From an uncultured beta proteobacterium (lineage in GTDB: Bacteria; Pseudomonadota; Gammaproteobacteria; Burkholderiales; Rhodocyclaceae): a stretch of 64,000 nucleotides of DNA. Of this stretch, positions 57,302 through 64,000 are shown piece after piece. Both the position numbers and the translations under genes were made by a program. The stretch spans positions 128,934 to 192,933 of the forward strand of contig CAWFGN010000012.1 in the NCBI GenBank assembly GCA_963815365.1, given 5' to 3'. Under the pieces are notes generated by a model. It was not told the DNA's origin and did no database searches. It saw only the letters and a program-made list of their open reading frames with translations. The stretch's first letter is position 1; each line of letters opens with the position of its first letter.

Positions 57302-57544
57302 TTAGTCTGCGGGCAAGGTGGCCAACGGCGAAGTGTCGTTGTCTTCAACGGCAACGGAATGCGTGATCACCGTCAGGCCGAACCCGACGAGCGTTGCAGC
57401 CAGCATCAGGGGGAGATATTCTGGGCCCGGGGGTGCGGCAGTGACCGACGGGTAATTGAGACAAGCGAAGGCGACAACGCTGCCCAGAGTGGCGAAAAAC
57501 AATCCCGCAAGCAAGTCCCGGAGTTTCCTGATTCGCAAACGCAT
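57302..57544 (-). pseudogene. TctB-like fragment (tripartite tricarboxylate transporter small subunit, N-terminal half)
   Basis: GGAGG RBS; DLLAGLFF...NY...PGPEYLP resembles the TctB GPGYFP motif; only 2 TMs (80 aa). Confidence 0.5.
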
Positions 57545-57698
57545 GTTAACCTCCCTGTCCGCATGTTGAGTTGGAGCAAGCTAACAGAGGCTGCGAGACA
57601 GGTGAATGACTTAAAATTTATTAGTTAATTGTTCTGAAAAGCCGATTTGGCGGGCATTTTGATGAGTTATAAAAAATGAAACTTACGGGCAGACAGCG

Positions 57699-59000
57699 AT
57701 GAGCTACAAATTCGATACCCTTTCGCTGCATGCCGGCCAGGTGCCGGACAGCCAGTACGGCGCGCGGGCGCAGCCGATCTACCTGACCTCGTCCTTCGTC
57801 TTCAAGGACGCCGACCAGGCGGCCTCGTTGTTCAACATGGAGCGCGGCGGCCACGTCTATTCCCGGATTTCCAATCCGACCAACGCCGTGCTCGAAGAGC
57901 GCATGGCGGCGCTTGAGGGCGGGGTTGGCGGCATTGCCGTGGCCTCGGGGCAGGCTGCCATGCACCTGGCGATCACGACACTGATGGGGGCCGGCGGTCA
58001 CATCGTCGCCAGCCGCTCGCTCTACGGCGGTTCGCACAACCTGCTCGAATACACGCTGCCGCGCTTCGGAATCACGACGACCTTCGTCGATCCACGCGAT
58101 CTCGACGCCTGGAAGGCAGCGATCCGCCCGGAAACCCGGCTGCTGTTCGGCGAGACGCTGGGCAACCCGGGTCTGGACGTACTCGACATCCCCCGTGTTG
58201 CGGCGCTGGCCCATGACCACGGCCTGCCGCTGCTGGTCGATTCGACCTTCACCACGCCTTACCTGCTCAAGCCCTTCGCGCTCGGCGCCGACCTCGTTTT
58301 CCATTCCGCCACCAAATTCCTCTCCGGCCACGGAACGGTGATCGGCGGCGTCGTGGTCGATTCCGGCGCCTTCGACTGGGTGGGTAGCGGGAATACTGCC
58401 GGCAAATTCCCGACCCTGGCCGAGCCCTACGAGGGTTTCCACGACATGGTCTTCACCGAGGAGTCGCCCGTAGCCGCCTTCCTGCTGCGCGCCCGGCGCG
58501 AGGGCTTGCGCGATTTCGGCGCCTGTCTGAGCCCGCTGTCCGCCTTCCAGATACTGCAGGGCCTCGAGACGCTACCGCTGCGCATGGCGCGGCATATAGA
58601 CAACACACGCAAGGTGGTGGCACATCTGGCGACCCTGGTCGGCGGCGCGGTCGACGCCGTGGTCCATCCGGATTTGCCGGATCATCCCGATTATGCGCTG
58701 GCGCAACATCTGCTGCCGCGCGGCAGCAGTTCGGTCTTCACCTTCAACCTGAGCGGGGGCCGGGCGGCAGGGCGCAAGTTCATCGAGGCGCTCAGGGTCT
58801 TTTCGCACCTGGCCAATGTCGGCGATGCCAAGTCGCTGGTGATCCATCCCGCCTCGACGACGCATTTCCGCATGTCGGATGCGGCCCTGGCGGCGGCCGG
58901 CATTCATCCCGGGACAATCCGCCTGTCGATCGGGCTGGAAGACCCGGACGACCTGATCGAAGACATCAATCGCGGTCTCGCCGCAGCGGCCCGGGCCTGA
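57699..59000 (+). CDS. O-acetylhomoserine aminocarboxypropyltransferase (MetY-like) 2
   Basis: PIYLTSSF, YSRISNPT, HSATKFLSGHG, HPASTTHFRM. Confidence 0.88.
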   Translation: MSYKFDTLSLHAGQVPDSQYGARAQPIYLTSSFVFKDADQAASLFNMERGGHVYSRISNPTNAVLEERMAALEGGVGGIAVASGQAAMHLAITTLMGAGGHIVASRSLYGGSHNLLEYTLPRFGITTTFVDPRDLDAWKAAIRPETRLLFGETLGNPGLDVLDIPRVAALAHDHGLPLLVDSTFTTPYLLKPFALGADLVFHSATKFLSGHGTVIGGVVVDSGAFDWVGSGNTAGKFPTLAEPYEGFHDMVFTEESPVAAFLLRARREGLRDFGACLSPLSAFQILQGLETLPLRMARHIDNTRKVVAHLATLVGGAVDAVVHPDLPDHPDYALAQHLLPRGSSSVFTFNLSGGRAAGRKFIEALRVFSHLANVGDAKSLVIHPASTTHFRMSDAALAAAGIHPGTIRLSIGLEDPDDLIEDINRGLAAAARA

Positions 59001-59003
59001 AGC

Positions 59004-59810
59004 ATGGAAATCGAAGTTCTCGGGCAGCAAGCCCACGTTTATACCGGCGGCAAGCATCTGGAGATTGCTGCGGTCGACCGCCAGCCGGTGGTCGTTTTCA
59101 TCCACGGCGCGCAGCAGGATCATTCATGCTGGGTGTTGCAGAGCCGCTGGTTCGCGCATCACGGGTTTTCGGTCCTTGTGCCGGATCTGCCGGGGCACGG
59201 GCGGAGCGGCGGCGATCCCCTGCCGTCGGTCGAGGCGCTCGCCGGATGGGTCGTGGCCCTGCTCGATGCGGCAGGGGTCGGGCGGGCGACGATCGTCGGG
59301 CACAGCATGGGTTCGCTGGTGGCGCTCGAAGTGGCTGCCAGTTTCCCGGCCAGGATCTGCAGGACGGTGCTAATCGGCAGTTCCCTGCCGATGCCCGTGG
59401 CGCAGGTGCTGCTCGATGCCGCACGGGCTGACGAGCCGAAGGCGGCGGACATGATCAACGCCTGGTCGTATTCGCCGGCCGGGCAGATCGGCGGCAATCC
59501 GGTGCCCGGCCTGTGGCTGCTCGGCATGAACCAGCGCGTGATGCAACGCCAGAAGAAAGGCGTGTTCCATACCGACCTGAATGCCTGCAATACCTATGCG
59601 CGCAGTCCGGAGAGCCTGGGCGGCATCGCCACGCCGGTGCTGATCATCGCCGGCACCGCGGACCGGATGACCTCGCCGAAGGCGGCGAAGGCCCTGCTCG
59701 GCTTCATTCCCGGCGCCCGGCTGGCATTAATCGAAGGCAGCGGGCATGCCCTGATGGCCGAGCGCCCGGATGCCGTGCTCGACGCCCTGCGCAATTTCAT
59801 CGCTGTCTGA
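59004..59810 (+). CDS. Alpha/beta hydrolase
   Basis: IHGA, DLPGHG, nucleophile GHSMG, D (ADRMT), H (SGHAL). Confidence 0.9.
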   Translation: MEIEVLGQQAHVYTGGKHLEIAAVDRQPVVVFIHGAQQDHSCWVLQSRWFAHHGFSVLVPDLPGHGRSGGDPLPSVEALAGWVVALLDAAGVGRATIVGHSMGSLVALEVAASFPARICRTVLIGSSLPMPVAQVLLDAARADEPKAADMINAWSYSPAGQIGGNPVPGLWLLGMNQRVMQRQKKGVFHTDLNACNTYARSPESLGGIATPVLIIAGTADRMTSPKAAKALLGFIPGARLALIEGSGHALMAERPDAVLDALRNFIAV

Positions 59811-59914
59811 AAATGCTTATGGCTCAGGCGCTTATGTTGATCAAAAAATAAGCTCGTTCCGCCGGCGGCGTGCTCCCGCTAGATTGAAGCTGTCGAAACA
59901 GCAGGGAGCACGGC

Positions 59915-60196
59915 ATGGCAGCATTGATCGTCGGCGGTGATCGCGTCGGTACCTACAAGGATTTCCTGGTCCAGCAGGGTTACGAGCCTGTCCGGCACTG
60001 GAGCGGGCGCAAGCAGAGCGAATGCCATCGGAGCATTCCGATCGATACGCGCGTTGTCGTGGTCCTCGTCGACTACGTCAATCACGGCCTGGCGCGCAAG
60101 ATTCGCCGCCTCGCGGAAGACATGGAGGTGCCGGTACTCTTCAGTCGGCGCAGCGTCGGCCAACTGAGCAGCACCCTGGCCAGCATCGCGGCCTGA
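59915..60196 (+). CDS. DUF2325 domain protein
   Basis: GGGAG RBS; LIVGGDR, HWSGRK, DYVNH, FSRRS. Confidence 0.8.
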   Translation: MAALIVGGDRVGTYKDFLVQQGYEPVRHWSGRKQSECHRSIPIDTRVVVVLVDYVNHGLARKIRRLAEDMEVPVLFSRRSVGQLSSTLASIAA

Positions 60197-60216
60197 CCGG
60201 CATCGCGGCCTGATCG
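60183..60216 (+). repeat. 17-bp tandem duplication spanning the DUF2325 stop
   Basis: GCATCGCGGCCTGACCG followed by GCATCGCGGCCTGATCG. Confidence 0.7.
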
Positions 60217-60293
60217 GCCGGAAAAGCACGCTCGCGGGGTGCATGGCCGGTAGGCAAGGGCACCACTGGAGCCGGGCGTGACCACGGTCGGTT

Positions 60294-61640
60294 TCAGCTC
60301 CAGACGTTCTGGCGGCGGTCGTCGACCCGTCTGGCCTTGTGCGTGGCGCGGGGCAGGGTGTCGGGAGGCAGGATGACGACCTGCGCCGCGACGCCGGTAA
60401 TGGACCTGAGCTGCCCGGCGAAGCGGCTGGCCAATTCACCATCGTTTCCGGCGTCGACCGCAACACGTTCGATTTCGACCGTCAGGCGGTCGAGATGGTT
60501 TTCACGCTCGACGATCAGCCGGTACTCGCCAGTCAGGTCGTGGTCCTTGCGGGCGATGGCCTCGACGTCGCTGGGGAAGATGTTGACGCCCTTGATGATC
60601 AGCATGTCGTCGAGGCGGCCATGTGTTCCCAGCATGCGCTGCGACGTGCGGCCGCAGGCGCAGGGTTCGCTGGTGAACGAGACGATGTCGCCGGTACGGA
60701 AGCGGATCATCGGCCGGGCGCGCTTCTTCAGCGTGGTCAGCACCAGTTCGCCGCGCTCGCCTTCGCCAACTGCCTGGCCCGTCTCGGGATCGAGCACCTC
60801 GACGAGGATGTGGTCCTCGGCCCAGTGCAGGCCATGTTTTTCCTCGCACATGCCGGCGCAGGCACCGAAGATGTCGGACAGGCCGTAGTAGTCGTAAACC
60901 GAGGCGCCCCAAAGGGCTTCGATGCGTTCACGGGTTTCCGGGATCGAGCCGCCCGGCTCGCCGGCGACGAAGATGCGCCGGATGCCAAGATCCTTCTTCG
61001 GGTCGATGCCTTCCTTGATCGCCGTTTCACCGAGATACCAGGCATAGGAGGGTGTCGTCCACATCGCGGTCGCCTGGAACTGTCTGGCAATTGCCAGCAG
61101 CCGCTCCGAGGGCACGGTGCCGGCGTGGATCGAGAGGGCGCCAAGCTTTTGCGCACCGAGCACGCATGGACCGCCGACGAAGAGCGAGAAATTCAGCGAA
61201 TGGCAGTAGCGGTCTTCCGGGCGCAGGCCGGACGACCAGAACTGACGGGCCTCGTAATCGATCCACTCGTCGAAATCCTGGGCCGTGAACGGGGATGCCG
61301 TCGGCACGCCGGTCGAACCGCTCGACGCCGAGATATAGACGATGTCACGCTCCGGGACGGCGACCAGGTCGCCGAAGGGCGGCACGGCAGTCTGCCGGTC
61401 GCGCAGCACCTTCTTGTCGACGAAGGGAAATCGCCGGATATCGGCGATCGATTCAACCTGATCGGGGTGCACGCCGGCGGCATCGAAACTTTGCCGGTAA
61501 TAAGGCGAGTTGGCGTAGGCGTGGTGCAGGTGCTTTTGCAACAGGTCGAGCTTGAGCGCATCCCAGTCGGTACGCGACTGGGTTTCCAGCTTTTCGTCCC
61601 AGAAATTGCGGTTGACCATGGGGTTGAAGCGGCTCTTCAT
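60294..61640 (-). CDS. Phenylacetate-CoA ligase family (PaaK-like) acyl-CoA ligase
   Basis: SSGSTG P-loop, AGEPG, YGLSD, RFRTGD, GRLDDMLIIKGVN. Confidence 0.9.
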   Translation of the reverse strand: MKSRFNPMVNRNFWDEKLETQSRTDWDALKLDLLQKHLHHAYANSPYYRQSFDAAGVHPDQVESIADIRRFPFVDKKVLRDRQTAVPPFGDLVAVPERDIVYISASSGSTGVPTASPFTAQDFDEWIDYEARQFWSSGLRPEDRYCHSLNFSLFVGGPCVLGAQKLGALSIHAGTVPSERLLAIARQFQATAMWTTPSYAWYLGETAIKEGIDPKKDLGIRRIFVAGEPGGSIPETRERIEALWGASVYDYYGLSDIFGACAGMCEEKHGLHWAEDHILVEVLDPETGQAVGEGERGELVLTTLKKRARPMIRFRTGDIVSFTSEPCACGRTSQRMLGTHGRLDDMLIIKGVNIFPSDVEAIARKDHDLTGEYRLIVERENHLDRLTVEIERVAVDAGNDGELASRFAGQLRSITGVAAQVVILPPDTLPRATHKARRVDDRRQNVWS

Positions 61641-61831
61641 CGGAATTCCTTGATTTCGTCCAATCGCAAATTCTCGCTACCTGACAGCGCATCGGGAAGG
61701 ATGGATTTCTTATGTCTTTATGGCTGGAGATTCGGATCTGGTGTAATCGCGACGACTACGTCCCCAGGTGAAGGTAGAATCCCGATTCGTGCAGGGCCCC
61801 GTCGTTCCTCCTCAATTCATGGATCTCCACG

Positions 61832-62272
61832 ATGACGATATTCCGGACACTGTTGGCCGTGATCACCTACGCCGTCAGCTTCTGCGTTCTGGCCCAGGGC
61901 GCCATGCCGCAGGTCGAGGTTTACCAGAACCCGGCCTGTCCCTGCTGCAAGAAATGGGTGGCGCATCTGCAGTCGAACGGGTTCAAGGTCAAGGTCAACG
62001 AGGTCGATGACATCGATGTCGCGCGCGCCAAACTGGGCATGCCCGCCCGCTATGGCTCCTGCCATACCGCGGTGGTTGGCGGCTATCTGGTCGAGGGGCA
62101 TGTCCCGGCCGGCGATATCCGGGTGCTGCTCAAGGAGCGCCCGAAGGCCATCGGACTTTCGGTACCCGGGATGGTGACCGGATCGCCAGGCATGGAAGGA
62201 CCGAACCCGCAACCCTATGAAACGCTGCTGATAAAACCGGATGGTACCGCCAGCGTTTTCGCCCGGCACTGA
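61832..62272 (+). CDS. DUF411 (CopG-like) periplasmic metal-binding protein
   Basis: Signal peptide; CPCC, SCHT, EGHVP, GSPGME. Confidence 0.9.
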   Translation: MTIFRTLLAVITYAVSFCVLAQGAMPQVEVYQNPACPCCKKWVAHLQSNGFKVKVNEVDDIDVARAKLGMPARYGSCHTAVVGGYLVEGHVPAGDIRVLLKERPKAIGLSVPGMVTGSPGMEGPNPQPYETLLIKPDGTASVFARH

Positions 62273-62335
62273 CGGCCGGTTTGTTCGATGTCCGGGCCCC
62301 GGGCCGAGCCCCGCAGGCCGCGCGCCGACGGCGGC

Positions 62336-64000
62336 TTAATGAAATAGTCGCTGCCAGCGCTGCTCCAGATCGGCCACGATGCTGTTGCCCAGTGCAACTG
62401 GGTCAGTGTTGATGACCATCCGCCCGCCCAGCAGTTCTGTGGTGTCCTGTTCGAAAAAATCCTGAACCCGCTGCGAGCCGCCAATGGGGGCCGGGATGCA
62501 GTGGTAGGAGTCAAGGCCGAGCAGACGGAAGCCGAGCGAGGCGCCAACGCCTTTTTCGTTGCTCCATTCCGGGCTCGAAAAGGCGAAGGGCATCTCTTTC
62601 AGCGGCCGCCCGAGCGTGTCGGCAAGAACCCGGAAGAGGCCCGAGGCGCGGGCGTTGTCCAGGCATTCGCCCATGTGCCAGACCGGTGGCAGGCTTTTCT
62701 CTTCGAGCAGGGCACGCAGAGGCGGGCTGGTCTTGTCGGCCGCCGACTGCTGGCAGTAGCCGAGCTTCAGGAGCGGGAAAGAGGCGCAGCCGTTGGTCAG
62801 GACGATGATGTCGTTGGCCAGCAGGATGTCGGTCACCTGGGCGATGGCCTTTTCGTAGAGCACCTTGGGATTGTTGCAGCCAACCAGATTGACGATGCCG
62901 CGTATGGTGCCGTCCCTGAGATGTCCCGCCAGACCGGCGGCACCGCCGAATTCGGGAAGGATGTTCTCGATCGAAAAACCGATTTCGGCTTCGACCGAGG
63001 TGCGCGGAATGAAGACATTGGCCTTGCGCCGCAGCGGAAAGTTCTCGATGCCGATGCGCACGATCTCTTCGGCCATTTTCTGCGCCTCGGCGAGATTGGA
63101 ATGCTCGTGGTCGAAGGCTATATGCAGCGCCCCCGGCAGGCGGCAGGAGTCGCTGGTGGTGATGACCTTGGTGTGGAAACATTTGGCGACTTCCATGATG
63201 CCGGGGTAAACGTCCTGCACGTCGGCCACCCAGGCGTCGAGGGCGCCGGTGCCGAGGACCAGTTCGGCGCCGACCGCATTGGCCAGCGGCGAGACGGCGC
63301 CGTAGCGGTAGAGGCTGGACAGGCCGGAGCAGCAGATGCCGTAGAAACGGATGCCCCTGGCGCCCTTGCTTTCGGCGAGCGCCTTCAGCTCCGGCAGGTC
63401 GCCGGCATGGACGATGGCCGATGGCAGCACCGGCGAATGACCGTGCAGGGCAATATTGACGTAATCGGGTTCGAGGGCGCCGAAGCCGGCGTCAATCCGC
63501 GAGCGTTGCGGCGGACCGTACAGGATGTCCTGGGCGATGGAGCCGCCGGCCACGCTGCTCCAGGCAAAGGCCAGGCCGCAGCGCAGCAGTTGCTGCATCA
63601 GGTTGCGCCAGTCGCCATCGGTGCCGACGCCGGTCCGGTGATAGGCCTCGAAAACTTCGTGATAGGCGCTGATCGGCAGGATGTCGAGCGATTTCCACAG
63701 GGCCAGGCGCTCGGGCGGCACCATGGCGGCCAGCGTACGATGTGCGGCGGGCGTCGTGCGCGACAGGTCTTCGAGCAGGATGTCGGCGATTTCGCCGGCG
63801 ACTTCAGGGAGACGGCGCTCTTCCGTGTTTAGGCCGAAGGCGCGCGCCACCGCCAGCACCTTGGCCTCGCCCTTGATCGGCAGATCGAGCCGGCCATCGG
63901 CAGCGCCCTTCAGGGTCAGCATCACTTCGCGGCTGCGCGCCCCGTGCGAGGCAACGGCAGCGGCCACCCAGCGCAGGATGTTGCGGGCGACGATGACATG
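62336..64000 (-). CDS. cooS: Anaerobic Ni-CO dehydrogenase (CooS)-like protein with an atypical C-cluster ligand (5' end beyond window)
   Basis: IVARNILR, HGHSP, GICCSG, DVQD (canonical DxQC), GCNN, NGC, HMGECLDN, EK. The frame stays open to the window edge. Confidence 0.88.
   Translation of the reverse strand, partial: HVIVARNILRWVAAAVASHGARSREVMLTLKGAADGRLDLPIKGEAKVLAVARAFGLNTEERRLPEVAGEIADILLEDLSRTTPAAHRTLAAMVPPERLALWKSLDILPISAYHEVFEAYHRTGVGTDGDWRNLMQQLLRCGLAFAWSSVAGGSIAQDILYGPPQRSRIDAGFGALEPDYVNIALHGHSPVLPSAIVHAGDLPELKALAESKGARGIRFYGICCSGLSSLYRYGAVSPLANAVGAELVLGTGALDAWVADVQDVYPGIMEVAKCFHTKVITTSDSCRLPGALHIAFDHEHSNLAEAQKMAEEIVRIGIENFPLRRKANVFIPRTSVEAEIGFSIENILPEFGGAAGLAGHLRDGTIRGIVNLVGCNNPKVLYEKAIAQVTDILLANDIIVLTNGCASFPLLKLGYCQQSAADKTSPPLRALLEEKSLPPVWHMGECLDNARASGLFRVLADTLGRPLKEMPFAFSSPEWSNEKGVGASLGFRLLGLDSYHCIPAPIGGSQRVQDFFEQDTTELLGGRMVINTDPVALGNSIVADLEQRWQRLFH

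Overview
GC-rich betaproteobacterial chromosomal segment. Gene content and order suggest Rhodocyclales (Dechloromonas/Azonexus-like); this is inference. Three blocks. (1) 1-26.6 kb: a PEP-CTERM/exosortase A (XrtA)-associated exopolysaccharide locus on the minus strand: wza-like export lipoprotein, chain-length determinant, Tyr autokinase, OM barrel, ATPase, wecB, deacetylase, FemAB-like protein, xrtA, several GT4s, two AsnB-type amidotransferases, a nucleotide-sugar dehydrogenase, an unusual transglutaminase-GT4 membrane fusion and a CapK-like adenylating enzyme. A VAO/PCMH flavoprotein and manC lie next to it. (2) 26.6-54.4 kb: housekeeping genes (alaA-hom...thrC, nadC, nnr, cnoX, pyrG-kdsA-eno-ftsB, bcp, slyD, mutS, menD, tRNA-Asp, smpB, ratAB, guaB-guaA) with several small unannotated membrane ORFs. 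(3) 54.5-64 kb: an accessory sulfur/CoA-related cluster after guaA: two divergent MetY-like enzymes, a CoA-binding protein, an alpha/beta hydrolase, an orphan gcvH with gene remnants, a PaaK-like ligase and a CooS-like protein with a Cys-to-Asp change at a C-cluster ligand. Four genes carry +1 frameshifts in short homopolymers, most likely sequencing errors. No integrase, transposase, CRISPR array or rRNA was seen. The best candidates for an undescribed system are the transglutaminase-GT4 fusion (a possible EPS cross-linking enzyme) and the CooS-like/PaaK/MetY module. Family and TIGR assignments come from motif recognition and synteny, not from database searches.
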